This document shows, in pieces, positions 8,436-16,672 of a DNA stretch of 31,394 bases; positions within the stretch are counted from its first letter, which is position 1, and each line of letters starts with the position of its first letter. The DNA is from a virus (taxonomy: Duplodnaviria; Caudoviricetes). The notes below the pieces were generated by a model. It worked only from the letters and a program-made list of their open reading frames with translations, searched no databases and was not told where the DNA came from. The DNA lies in the IMG/VR virus record IMGVR_UViG_3300030372_000757, positions 1 to 31,394 of that record; one strand, 5' to 3'. A program made the translations under genes and the position numbers.

Positions 8436-10077
8436 TGGCTCATTTGATGACCAGACGACTGGTTGGGAGCTAGATGGGAATGTTGCTTATGATGGCAATA
8501 ATTATGGAGATATAAATAAATCAGTTAGATTTAGTGGTAGTGATGGTGGCTCAATAACACAATCTATTCAGCTTGATAATATTGCAGAAGAAAGCAAAGA
8601 AGTAACATCAATATCTGGCAGTTTAATATCTATTGGCTGTAACAATGAAGGCTCAAACTGGTGTACACAAACTGGCACAGAAAATAATCTTGATCCTGTT
8701 AATATCACTATGACTTTATCAGATGGCACGAACAGCGAAGTGCTAACGCATAATTTTACTTCTGATTATAATGATGGAGTGATTACGACCAATTATTCTG
8801 TTGATGTAACGAATTCATTTGAAACTGCCAACACATCTTTGACTGTAAACTATGCTGGACTAGATACAGGCAATAAAGCTGGTCAATTTGGCACAATTAT
8901 AGACGATTTAAGCCTTAGTTTAACTCTTTCTGACATAGTTATAGCCCAAGAGCAAGAAGTTGAGCAAATAAGCCAAATAAATGCGTCTGACAACATAATT
9001 CAGCAGATAATAGAGCCTGTTATTGTAGAAACTGTGCAAATTGGCTCATTAGACGCAACATCAATAGTAAATACTATCTCAAGTGGGATTATTGAAATAA
9101 ATCCACCAGAAAATGTACAAATTGCAACTTTATCACCACAATTATCCATAACTTCTGATATAAGGGCTGAACAGATGAATATAGAACTTTCCAATGTAGG
9201 TGTAAATAATGAAATGCCAACATTAATAGATACAGGTGCAGAAGTTCCTGTAGAAAACGATATACCAGAAATTGAAATGCCAGATCTAACTGATATGCCA
9301 ACTATAGAAATGCCAGAAATTGAAATGCCAAGTGATTTGCCAGAAATAAATGATATACAAATAGAATCTGTGAGTGAACCAGAGCCAGAGACATTACAAG
9401 AAATTAGAGAGGAAATTCCAGAAAGTATAGAGGAGTTGCCAGAAAGTTTAGAAGAACTTCCAACAGAACTAGAAGAAGTAAAAGTAGAGGAAGATTTGAA
9501 GGAGAATCAAAATGAACAGAAAGAAGAAACATCAGCTAAGAATGAGGAAGTTGATGGAAAGAATGAAGAAAGCGAGTTATCAGAAGAAACCAAATCTGAA
9601 GAAAAAGAGTCAGAGACAAAAGAAGAATTAGCTGAATCTAAAGAAAAAGAATCCGAAGAAAAAGAGGAATCTGCTGAAAAAGAACTTAAAGACGAGCCAA
9701 CAAAAAATGAAGAGAAAGTGGTAAAAACAGCGAAAACAACAAAAACAGAGAAAAAACAAGGCTCTGAATCGCAAAATAAGGGCAGTAAAAAAACTTCTGT
9801 TACTAAGACTACCCCCAAAATTAAGTCAGATATTGTGGTGCAAGAAATTGACATAAAAACGATTGTCAGCTTTAATAAAGAATATTTTGCAAACACCTAT
9901 AAAGATACGATAGACTTAACACAAACAGAAATGGAGTTTTATGATGGACAAGGATTCAATGATAAAGATTACACCGAAGCTAATTCTGCTTTTTTTGATA
10001 AGTATAGGAACACCAACAGCGAGTGGGATTTGGTGGCTAAGCCAAGTGTCATCAAGATTGACAGTTTTAGAAGATAA
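8329..10077 (+). CDS. Exported protein with a carbohydrate-binding-like N-domain and a Glu/Pro-rich low-complexity stalk
   Basis: Signal-like N-terminus, NLLSNGSFD...GW start of a beta-sandwich, PEIEMP repeats and Glu/Lys-rich tract; exact start uncertain. Confidence 0.7.
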   Translation: MGIYLNTQTTWVVIIMLVIIATQKVKAQDTTNLLSNGSFDDQTTGWELDGNVAYDGNNYGDINKSVRFSGSDGGSITQSIQLDNIAEESKEVTSISGSLISIGCNNEGSNWCTQTGTENNLDPVNITMTLSDGTNSEVLTHNFTSDYNDGVITTNYSVDVTNSFETANTSLTVNYAGLDTGNKAGQFGTIIDDLSLSLTLSDIVIAQEQEVEQISQINASDNIIQQIIEPVIVETVQIGSLDATSIVNTISSGIIEINPPENVQIATLSPQLSITSDIRAEQMNIELSNVGVNNEMPTLIDTGAEVPVENDIPEIEMPDLTDMPTIEMPEIEMPSDLPEINDIQIESVSEPEPETLQEIREEIPESIEELPESLEELPTELEEVKVEEDLKENQNEQKEETSAKNEEVDGKNEESELSEETKSEEKESETKEELAESKEKESEEKEESAEKELKDEPTKNEEKVVKTAKTTKTEKKQGSESQNKGSKKTSVTKTTPKIKSDIVVQEIDIKTIVSFNKEYFANTYKDTIDLTQTEMEFYDGQGFNDKDYTEANSAFFDKYRNTNSEWDLVAKPSVIKIDSFRR

Positions 10078-10273
10078 TGTTGCAAGTATTCCAAGCTCTG
10101 ACAATTCAGCAATCGTTGAAAGAATTACTGCTGTAGAAATAAATGCAACTAACAACAAAACATCTATAGATAAGATAGACGCAGATATAGATAAGATTGT
10201 TGAGCATGTTGATAAATCATTCAAGACTGTAACTGAATCAATGAACGCAAATCCATTATCACTAGGTAACTAA
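9941..10273 (+). CDS. Membrane-anchored coiled-coil protein
   Basis: GGAG at 9933; N-terminal hydrophobic segment followed by heptad repeats; overlaps the upstream gene by 137 nt. Confidence 0.65.
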   Translation: MMDKDSMIKITPKLILLFLISIGTPTASGIWWLSQVSSRLTVLEDNVASIPSSDNSAIVERITAVEINATNNKTSIDKIDADIDKIVEHVDKSFKTVTESMNANPLSLGN

Positions 10274-10274
10274 T

Positions 10275-10499
10275 ATGACATCAGCAGAAAAAGAATGTTT
10301 GCTAAGATTAGAACAGAAGTTAGATTTTGTATCTAAAAATGTAGAAAAAAATTCAAAAGAAATGGGATCAATCAAAAAAGAAGTTTCTGAATTAAAAGCA
10401 CAAGTCAACATGGGAAAGGGAGCTGTGAAAGGTCTTGTCATTGTTGGCTCAATAATAACTGTTATCTTAGGTTTCTTTAAATATGGAGATGGAATGTAA
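10275..10499 (+). CDS. Small coiled-coil protein with a C-terminal transmembrane helix (XhlA/holin-like architecture)
   Basis: LLRLEQKLD...ELKAQVNMGKG followed by a hydrophobic C-terminus; coupled to the holin gene. Confidence 0.6.
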   Translation: MTSAEKECLLRLEQKLDFVSKNVEKNSKEMGSIKKEVSELKAQVNMGKGAVKGLVIVGSIITVILGFFKYGDGM

Positions 10500-10915
10500 T
10501 GATAGGAATGATTGTTGGTGGACTTACAAAAGCAGTTGGTGGTTATCTTGAAAATAAAAGCAAGGAATCTCAAGCTAAATCTAATTTAAAAAAAGCAGAG
10601 ATAGAAGCTAAAACTTCTGTTGCCAAAGCAGTTGCAGAAGGTAAAGTTGATGTACAAAAATTAAATGCAGAGTGGGAGAATAAAGCAGTATCACAAATGG
10701 ATTCCAGTTTTAAAGATGAACTAGCTTTATGTGTACTTCTTTTGCCTGCGTTGCTTGTTTTTTTTGAGCCATTTCAAGATGATGTACAAAAAGGTTTTGA
10801 AATTTTAGGAACACTCCCAGAATATTATCAGAATTTATTGTATATAGCGATTTCAGCTTCATTTGGAATAAAAGGTGTTGGTGGTATAGCACGATTTGTA
10901 AAGGGGAAAAAATAA
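10499..10915 (+). CDS. Holin (3TM, GTA-release holin-like)
   Basis: SSFKDE-hydrophobic helix...GF..L..LPEYY..LLYIAISASFGIKG; basic C-terminus. Confidence 0.7.
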   Translation: MIGMIVGGLTKAVGGYLENKSKESQAKSNLKKAEIEAKTSVAKAVAEGKVDVQKLNAEWENKAVSQMDSSFKDELALCVLLLPALLVFFEPFQDDVQKGFEILGTLPEYYQNLLYIAISASFGIKGVGGIARFVKGKK

Positions 10916-11052
10916 TGTTAGATAAACTAAAGCAAGGCTATGAAAAAGTAAAAGATGTAATAGAAGATATATCTTATAAAGTACCAGATGGATTATGGTT
11001 TATTATAAAATGTTCTGTTATATCTATTGTTTGGATTATTCTTATCTGCTAA
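10915..11052 (+). CDS. 45-aa membrane peptide; not in the ORF track
   Basis: TAATG coupling to the holin; MLDKLKQGYEKVKDVIEDISYKVPDGLWFIIKCSVISIVWIILIC*. Confidence 0.6.
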   Translation: MLDKLKQGYEKVKDVIEDISYKVPDGLWFIIKCSVISIVWIILIC

Positions 11053-11104
11053 CTGCAAAAGCAAATACAAAAATCAAGAGAGCTAATAATAATATTTGTT
11101 CCAT
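11042..11104 (-). CDS. 20-aa hydrophobic peptide; not in the ORF track
   Basis: GGAGATACAAATG start context identical to 23881..23893; MEQILLLALLIFVFAFAVSR*. Confidence 0.55.
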   Translation of the reverse strand: MEQILLLALLIFVFAFAVSR

Positions 11105-11120
11105 TTGTATCTCCGAGTAA

Positions 11121-11145
11121 GTGGGAGCATTTCTGCTCCCTGTTA
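11121..11145 (-). repeat. 25-bp repeat with GGGAGCA-GAAA-TGCTCCC hairpin, copy A
   Basis: Exact reverse complement of 23849..23873; perfect 7-bp stem. Confidence 0.92.
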
Positions 11146-11148
11146 ATA

Positions 11149-11427
11149 TTATTCCTCTATCCAAACTTTTTGTTTTGTAATATCCCAATTATGTTCTTTT
11201 ACACAAAAAACTTGAAGCCATTTTGTTTCTTCATCTTCACAATGAAACAAACATAATTCAACACCATATGCTTCATATTCTTTTTGCACTTCTTCTACTG
11301 TCCAATCATCAGAATCAGATGACTCTCGCCTTTCATACCATTTTCTTTCCCAATATTCATCAATAAGTTCAAACATATTTTTTTCTACTAAATTGTCTAC
11401 TTTTTTTATAAATGTGTATTTAGTCAT
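11149..11427 (-). CDS. Hypothetical acidic, Trp-rich early protein
   Basis: Preceded by the conserved start motif with AGGAG. Confidence 0.75.
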   Translation of the reverse strand: MTKYTFIKKVDNLVEKNMFELIDEYWERKWYERRESSDSDDWTVEEVQKEYEAYGVELCLFHCEDEETKWLQVFCVKEHNWDITKQKVWIEE

Positions 11428-11436
11428 TTTTCCTAT

Positions 11437-11454
11437 CTCCTGTTTAAGTTTTTA
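11437..11454 (-). promoter_or_regulatory. Start-associated motif TAAAAACTTAAACAGGAG
   Basis: Identical to 23558..23575; contains the Shine-Dalgarno sequence. Confidence 0.85.
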
Positions 11455-11455
11455 A

Positions 11456-11857
11456 TTAATAATCTATTTCATCTCCATAGAATTTAGATGACATAAATTC
11501 TTTCTTTGAACTAGGTTCTAAATACGATTTATCTGGGTAAATAAGTACACTTTCTGGTAATTCATATCCCATTACAATCGTGTGCCAATACCTTCCTGTT
11601 GGTGTTTTTCCAATACCTTCTCTAACATACTCAACTACTTTGTAAATGAATATCCCATTTTCTTTGTAAGGGTAGTCATCTTCATCTTCTGGTTTAAACT
11701 TTTGTTCTTCATAAGTCATACTTTCATCAGCCCAATCTTCATAGATGTCATTTCTTTCTTTGCAATATGCGACTTTTAAATCCCAGATGTGTTTTTCTAT
11801 TTCATCATTGTATTTACCAGTTTTTTCATTTCTTAATATATATTTATAAATGTTCAT
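11456..11857 (-). CDS. Hypothetical acidic, Tyr-rich early protein
   Basis: First gene after the consensus promoter and start motif. Confidence 0.78.
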   Translation of the reverse strand: MNIYKYILRNEKTGKYNDEIEKHIWDLKVAYCKERNDIYEDWADESMTYEEQKFKPEDEDDYPYKENGIFIYKVVEYVREGIGKTPTGRYWHTIVMGYELPESVLIYPDKSYLEPSSKKEFMSSKFYGDEIDY

Positions 11858-11867
11858 ATAATTAATA

Positions 11868-11884
11868 TCCTATTTAAGTTTTTA
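11868..11884 (-). promoter_or_regulatory. Start-associated motif TAAAAACTTAAATAGGA
   Basis: Identical to 23316..23332. Confidence 0.85.
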
Positions 11885-11913
11885 TTTATAAGTTGTTATC
11901 AACCTATAAAGAA

Positions 11914-11942
11914 AGTATATAAAATAATGGTATATATGTCAA
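11914..11942 (-). promoter_or_regulatory. Sigma70 promoter A: TTGACA-N17-TATACT
   Basis: Perfect -35, 17-nt spacer, 5/6 match at -10; intergenic. Confidence 0.88.
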
Positions 11943-11968
11943 TAATATATAGCAAATAAATAGGGCTG

Positions 11969-11981
11969 TAAGTGATTGATT
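11969..11981 (-). promoter_or_regulatory. IHF-consensus site AATCAATCACTTA
   Basis: Matches WATCAANNNNTTR with an upstream A/T tract; positionally conserved with 23222..23234. Confidence 0.65.
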
Positions 11982-12030
11982 TATATAAAGAATATAAATT
12001 ATTTTAATTTATTTTAAATTTATTTTTGAA

Positions 12031-12246
12031 TTATTCTTCTTTTTCTGTAGGTTTTATGTTGCTGACTAATATTTTAGCTTGATTCATGTTGCTTAAATGC
12101 AGAAAATAATTTGCAATATTCTTCGTTTTTTCTTCTGAACTTTCTTTCTTCATTTCTTCATTTATCTTTTCAACAGTATTATTTATTTCATCTTGTATTA
12201 TTTTTTTTACATTATCATATTCTACTTGATCATTGATTGTAGTCAT
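12031..12246 (-). CDS. Hypothetical protein
   Basis: GGAG RBS; follows the oxygenase gene. Confidence 0.65.
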   Translation of the reverse strand: MTTINDQVEYDNVKKIIQDEINNTVEKINEEMKKESSEEKTKNIANYFLHLSNMNQAKILVSNIKPTEKEE

Positions 12247-12249
12247 AAT

Positions 12250-12846
12250 TTATCTCCATGATGATTTGCCATAAATCCAACATACTATACACTTGCGTAT
12301 GCCTTTAGTTACAGGTGTTACTCTGTGATTCAAAAAACTTGTGAAAGAAACTAATTTATTTGGCACAGAATTATAAGTTACAATTTCTCCATTGTCGCTA
12401 AAAAACTGCAAATCTCCACCTTCAAAACCTTTATTCAATACCCAGCTAATAGATATTTTTCTCATTGACGCAACTCCAGAGCCTATGTCAGAGTGCCAAT
12501 CGTATTTGCCACCTTCATGGTATTCCAGATATTGAATGTCTTGTATACCAGATAATTCATAATTAAATGTTTTGTTTATATCGACTAAAGCATTTCTGAT
12601 TAGTTCTGCTGTAATAGAATCTTTTTGATGTAGTCGCCAACATTCAACACTTCTCATATGTGAATAGTTTTTGTCATTAGTTGATGTTTTTACTTCTTCA
12701 CCAAAATTAATAACTTCTTTAAGAACTAGATCAGTCATACCATCATTCATCTCTATAGGCACAATGCCATATTCTGAATCTTGATTGTTATTGTAATGGA
12801 TATTATCTTTGAAAAATTCTTGATCTAAGTGTGTAAGTTTGCCCAT
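12250..12846 (-). CDS. 2OG-Fe(II) oxygenase (prolyl 4-hydroxylase / PKHD-like)
   Basis: YDWHSD (HxD), RKIS, FEGGDL, HRVTPVTKGIR (distal His and 2OG-binding Arg). Confidence 0.92.
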   Translation of the reverse strand: MGKLTHLDQEFFKDNIHYNNNQDSEYGIVPIEMNDGMTDLVLKEVINFGEEVKTSTNDKNYSHMRSVECWRLHQKDSITAELIRNALVDINKTFNYELSGIQDIQYLEYHEGGKYDWHSDIGSGVASMRKISISWVLNKGFEGGDLQFFSDNGEIVTYNSVPNKLVSFTSFLNHRVTPVTKGIRKCIVCWIYGKSSWR

Positions 12847-12858
12847 TGATACCTCTTT

Positions 12859-12886
12859 AAAAAACTCCCTCTATTGCTAGAGGGAG
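12859..12886 (-). terminator. Intrinsic terminator
   Basis: CTCCCTCTA-GCAA-TAGAGGGAG 9-bp stem followed by T6 on the minus strand. Confidence 0.75.
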
Positions 12887-12954
12887 AACTTAAAATGCCT
12901 TACAAAAAGGAGCAAGGGCTTGTATGAAAAAATTATCATCTTCATCATAACACA

Positions 12955-13272
12955 TTAAAAAGGAATATCATCATTAAATTCACCTTCTGATTTCTCCATA
13001 GTTGTTTCTGGTTGTGCTGGAGTTAGCTTTTTAGAATTGTCATATTGATATGATTCTCTTTTACCATTATCTGTAATTTCATGTTTGGTAAACTTAACAT
13101 TCAAATAACCTTTTTCTGTTTTCCAGAGTGCCAAGTTATATCCAATACCATCTACATTAACAAGTCCTTTATAAGATGGAGCTTGTGGATTCTCTGAATT
13201 ATTTTTAAAAATATTTCCAGAATTTACTCTGATCTCATAGCCACTTGCAGTCTTGATTGATTTATCTTCCAT
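12955..13272 (-). CDS. Putative single-stranded DNA-binding protein (DUF736-like)
   Basis: GNIFKN...PSYKG.V...ALW core and an acidic DDIPF C-terminus; in the same operon as ERF. Confidence 0.7.
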   Translation of the reverse strand: MEDKSIKTASGYEIRVNSGNIFKNNSENPQAPSYKGLVNVDGIGYNLALWKTEKGYLNVKFTKHEITDNGKRESYQYDNSKKLTPAQPETTMEKSEGEFNDDIPF

Positions 13273-13552
13273 CTTTATTCTCCATATTAAGTTTTTTGTT
13301 AGTTCGTTCTATACACTCATAATGATTTTCTCTATATAAGTTTTTATTTTCGTCAACATAAGTTTTTAAAAATTTCAAAGTCTTATGTATATCTATAGAT
13401 ACATGCAATATTGCATTAGCATTGTCATCTACTGTTTCTAAGAATTTATCCATTTTTTCAATAGTGATATATTCTTGGTGTTGCAATTCTAAATCTCTTG
13501 CATGTGTTTCTTCTGCTTCTTGCACATTTTGATAGCTTTCGTCTTTATCCAT
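13262..13552 (-). CDS. Hypothetical protein
   Basis: Packed in the leftward operon. Confidence 0.65.
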   Translation of the reverse strand: MDKDESYQNVQEAEETHARDLELQHQEYITIEKMDKFLETVDDNANAILHVSIDIHKTLKFLKTYVDENKNLYRENHYECIERTNKKLNMENKDGR

Positions 13553-13553
13553 T

Positions 13554-13655
13554 TTATTTTCCCTGTTTCTTTATCATATGATAATTATAATTTAGTGCTA
13601 TAGCAGCAACAATCAATCCTACAGCAAAGCCAATTATAAAAGATAACCAGCTCAT
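13554..13655 (-). CDS. 33-aa membrane peptide; not in the ORF track
   Basis: ATGA overlap with the upstream ORF; MSWLSFIIGFAVGLIVAAIALNYNYHMIKKQGK*; fills the gap exactly. Confidence 0.6.
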   Translation of the reverse strand: MSWLSFIIGFAVGLIVAAIALNYNYHMIKKQGK

Positions 13656-13855
13656 AAGGAAAGGCTCTCTTTTATATTAATCTGTATTGAATTACCATTC
13701 ATACAAACTGGAACTACATCACATAATGTTTCACAGTGATTGCCATCATGTCGTTCTACAAAAACTGAAAAACGATTTGAATTCATTTGAACTAAACGCA
13801 TTAGGTCATTATTATTTAAGCTATTAGATAGCTCAATTAGCTCTTTGTCAGTCAT
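13652..13855 (-). CDS. Hypothetical protein
   Basis: GAGGT RBS; overlaps its neighbours. Confidence 0.65.
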   Translation of the reverse strand: MTDKELIELSNSLNNNDLMRLVQMNSNRFSVFVERHDGNHCETLCDVVPVCMNGNSIQINIKESLSL

Positions 13856-14030
13856 TATATTTTACCTCTTTTCTATCAATAATATTATTTTTTGCTATAT
13901 CTTCTAACACTTCATTAATATCAATCCTAGTTATTTCTAATAAATCAGAATACTTGAGTAAGTCAGAAACAGACAGATCGTCTGCAACTTCTTTAACTTC
14001 ATCTTTTAAAATACTGCTGTGTATATCCAT
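13848..14030 (-). CDS. Hypothetical protein
   Basis: GGAG RBS; TAATG coupling to ERF. Confidence 0.65.
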   Translation of the reverse strand: MDIHSSILKDEVKEVADDLSVSDLLKYSDLLEITRIDINEVLEDIAKNNIIDRKEVKYND

Positions 14031-14506
14031 TAAATATCTCCCTTGTTAATTTTCTGCACTTTCTTATTTTGCATAGATTGTTGAGCCTTGTTTGCGTCAT
14101 CATCTGTTTCTTCATTGGTGGCTAGTAACAGCATATTTTGATATAGATACCTCTTTCCATAAGTCATGGAACTACCCAGAGCTTGTGGTTTCCTGTCAGA
14201 ATATAAAGTCAGTTCCGATTCAAAAAATTGCATACTTGGTGCATGCGTGATTTTCATTTTATAAAATACTTGATACTGCTCAAGTGAATCTTTATCAACA
14301 TTATTATAAGTTTGCGTAAAGCTGGTCAACAAATCATGTTTTAATAATATTGGCTCACATATCTCAATAATGTCATCAAGGGTTGCGTAAGTGTTCCCAA
14401 AATGTTGATTCTTGCCTTTCTTTGATATACCTACTTTTTGAATCTCTATTCTTGCATTTTTAAATGCTTCTAAGTGTTGATTAGGTAATTTTATTTCATT
14501 GCTCAT
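14030..14506 (-). CDS. erf: ERF-family single-strand annealing protein
   Basis: KNQHFGNTYATLDDI...PQALGSSMTYGKRY...DDDA signature. Confidence 0.9.
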   Translation of the reverse strand: MSNEIKLPNQHLEAFKNARIEIQKVGISKKGKNQHFGNTYATLDDIIEICEPILLKHDLLTSFTQTYNNVDKDSLEQYQVFYKMKITHAPSMQFFESELTLYSDRKPQALGSSMTYGKRYLYQNMLLLATNEETDDDANKAQQSMQNKKVQKINKGDI

Positions 14507-14883
14507 TGTATACTCCTGTTAAGTTTTTGGATTCTTTCATTAAGTTTGTTGTATATAAATCTTTGTTCTATCTCTGCAATACTTTTCATTATTGGATCAT
14601 TTGTGAAAAGCATAATGCAGTAATCAATAAAACCATGAATGGCTCTATCGTCATATTGTTCTTTAAATTCATACCAATTTCTCATAATAGATTCTTTGCT
14701 ATAAAATTTTAAAGAAATATAATTATAAAGTTCAGCACAATTAATTATGCAAGGTCTATAGAATTGATAGTCTTGCCAGATAACTTCGGAACTAGATGTA
14801 GCAACAGCAAGTTCTTTAATCAAATCATCTATGACACTATCAAGAACAATTCCTTTTGCTACAATTCCAATATGTCTGCTCAT
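14503..14883 (-). CDS. Hypothetical protein, first gene of the leftward operon
   Basis: ATGA overlap with ERF; no recognisable motif. Confidence 0.6.
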   Translation of the reverse strand: MSRHIGIVAKGIVLDSVIDDLIKELAVATSSSEVIWQDYQFYRPCIINCAELYNYISLKFYSKESIMRNWYEFKEQYDDRAIHGFIDYCIMLFTNDPIMKSIAEIEQRFIYNKLNERIQKLNRSIQ

Positions 14884-15011
14884 TGTCTGCTATATGATTT
14901 ATTATTCATAAATAACATTATAATTAAATTATATGGATATGCAAGTTATAAATGGACTTATTTTATATATATGGTAAGATTATTATACCAAAATAGTATA
15001 AACAGGAGATA
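14884..15011. promoter_or_regulatory. Divergent early control region
   Basis: AT-rich gap between divergent operons; candidate leftward TTGCAT-N16-TATAAT (14917..14944) and rightward TGGACT-N16-TAAGAT (14953..14980). Confidence 0.5.
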
Positions 15012-15209
15012 TTGATGAAATTCAACGAGTTTTTAAAGGAAGAACAATTAAGTATTGCTAGATTTTCTAAGCAAACAGGTCTAAATGAAGCCACAGTAAC
15101 TAAATGGAAATATAATGGGGTAATACCTAGAAAGCCAGAAATGCTGGTGGTGTATAAATTTACAGAAGGTAAAGTTACACCAAATGATTTTTATGGGATC
15201 AATCAATGA
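15012..15209 (+). CDS. Cro-like helix-turn-helix regulator
   Basis: SIARFSKQTGLNEATVTKW...P...TEGKVTPNDFY; AGGAG RBS, ATG at 15015 likely. Confidence 0.85.
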   Translation: MMKFNEFLKEEQLSIARFSKQTGLNEATVTKWKYNGVIPRKPEMLVVYKFTEGKVTPNDFYGINQ

Positions 15210-15787
15210 GTTTTGAAGCATTAGCTTGGGGAGTAAAGCAGTCTCCAAAGAACCCAATCTCTAAGTTGGTGCTTCTTATGATTTGTAATTATGCTAATGA
15301 GAAAGGCGAAGCCTATCCAAGTCAAGAACATTTAGCAAAGTTATGTGAATGTTCTAAAAGATCCGTTGTTAGACATATACAGGAATTAGAAAAACAAAAT
15401 TTTATATCCATACGCAAAGAAAAGAATGGTGCATATGGTTTTAATCTTTATAAATTAAATATAGGGTTAGTGCCAGATATGCACTTAGCTAGTGCCAGAG
15501 TGGCACACAATACTCAAGATAAACATATAACATCAAAATTTGAAATCTTTTGGGATAAAGTTCCACGAAAGATTGCGAAAAAGAAATGTAAAAGTATATA
15601 TAATAATCTGGTAAAGTCTAAAGAAGTAAGCGAAGATGAATTGATAAGTGCTATGGAAAAATATGCTGCAAGTGTCAAACATACATCACCAGCTTTTATC
15701 GTTCATGGTGCAACTTGGCTGAATCAAGGAAGGTGGGAAGATAAGATAGAGGTTAAAGTAAAAAACAAGAACTGGTTAGCTGGATAA
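15206..15787 (+). CDS. Replication initiator with an N-terminal winged HTH
   Basis: KLVLLMICNYAN..G.AYPSQEHLA...SKRSV and C-terminal FW...PRK...ATWLNQGRWED. Confidence 0.82.
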   Translation: MSFEALAWGVKQSPKNPISKLVLLMICNYANEKGEAYPSQEHLAKLCECSKRSVVRHIQELEKQNFISIRKEKNGAYGFNLYKLNIGLVPDMHLASARVAHNTQDKHITSKFEIFWDKVPRKIAKKKCKSIYNNLVKSKEVSEDELISAMEKYAASVKHTSPAFIVHGATWLNQGRWEDKIEVKVKNKNWLAG

Positions 15788-15812
15788 AAACTCAAATAAT
15801 TTGGAGCAGACA

Positions 15813-16670
15813 ATGAGCAAAAAACTAGAAGGCATTTATACTTGCCGAGATATATATAAAGATATTAAAAATTTGTATGATGGTAAAACACAAAAGCAGT
15901 ATGAAACAGGCTTTGATAATCTTGATCCATTACTAAAAATTATCAAGCCTTCTTTCATGCTGATTACTGGTACACCGAATAGTGGAAAGTCATCTTTCAC
16001 TCTTGACTTAGCTCAACAACTTGCTCGTTTGCATGATTTTAAATTCTGTATTTATTCTCCAGAAAGTTCACTAAGCCGAAATGTAGCAAGGCTAGTTGAG
16101 AAATATTGCGAGAAGCCATTTGATAAAATGTTCAGTAATAGAATAACCGAGGAAGAATTAAATCACGCATTGGCTTTTATCAATGAGCATTTTTACTTTA
16201 TTGATATGAAAGATGATAGCCCAGATATTAAATGGATATTGGAAAAGGCTGAAATATGCAGACAAGAGTTTGGTATAGATTGTTTGATAACTGATCCATA
16301 CAATGAAATAAATCCAGCTAGAGCAAGTTTAAGAGAAGATGAACATATCTCCATTCTTATATCAGATATTAAAAGGTGGAACAGAGAACACAATATGATA
16401 ACTATGATGGTGGCTCACCCAACAAAACAAACTAGAACAGCCGAAGGTCAGTTTGTGGTTAATTCACTTTATGATGTATCTGGCTCTGCACATTGGAATA
16501 ATAAAGCTGATGTTGGCATTATTGTTACTAGAGATTATGAAGATGAATCAACCCTTATAAGGATTGCTAAGATTAGAGAGATTGATGTACAAGGTACGAT
16601 TGGAGAATGTAAAATGAGATGGAGTTCAGCTAAGAGAGTATTTATACCAGACATGAACTACGAGGGTTAA
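15813..16670 (+). CDS. SF4 replicative helicase (T7 gp4/Twinkle-like), helicase domain only
   Basis: Walker A GTPNSGKS, LITDPYN, VAHPTK, LYDVSGSAHWNNKAD; GGAG RBS favours ATG 15813 over TTG 15801. Confidence 0.88.
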   Translation: MSKKLEGIYTCRDIYKDIKNLYDGKTQKQYETGFDNLDPLLKIIKPSFMLITGTPNSGKSSFTLDLAQQLARLHDFKFCIYSPESSLSRNVARLVEKYCEKPFDKMFSNRITEEELNHALAFINEHFYFIDMKDDSPDIKWILEKAEICRQEFGIDCLITDPYNEINPARASLREDEHISILISDIKRWNREHNMITMMVAHPTKQTRTAEGQFVVNSLYDVSGSAHWNNKADVGIIVTRDYEDESTLIRIAKIREIDVQGTIGECKMRWSSAKRVFIPDMNYEG

Positions 16671-16672
16671 TT

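Noticed and set aside
9260-9480. Short DNA repeats (CCAGAAATTGAAATGCCA) as a CRISPR or regulatory array
   Set aside because: In-frame PEIEMP protein repeats with irregular spacing; no cas genes.
11149-11857. Paralogy between the two acidic cassette A proteins
   Set aside because: Only compositional similarity (Glu/Asp/Trp/Tyr-rich); no convincing alignment by eye.
14764-15015. 83-aa plus-strand ORF across the divergent control region
   Set aside because: No RBS, low-complexity AT-rich translation, and it overlaps a better-supported minus-strand gene.
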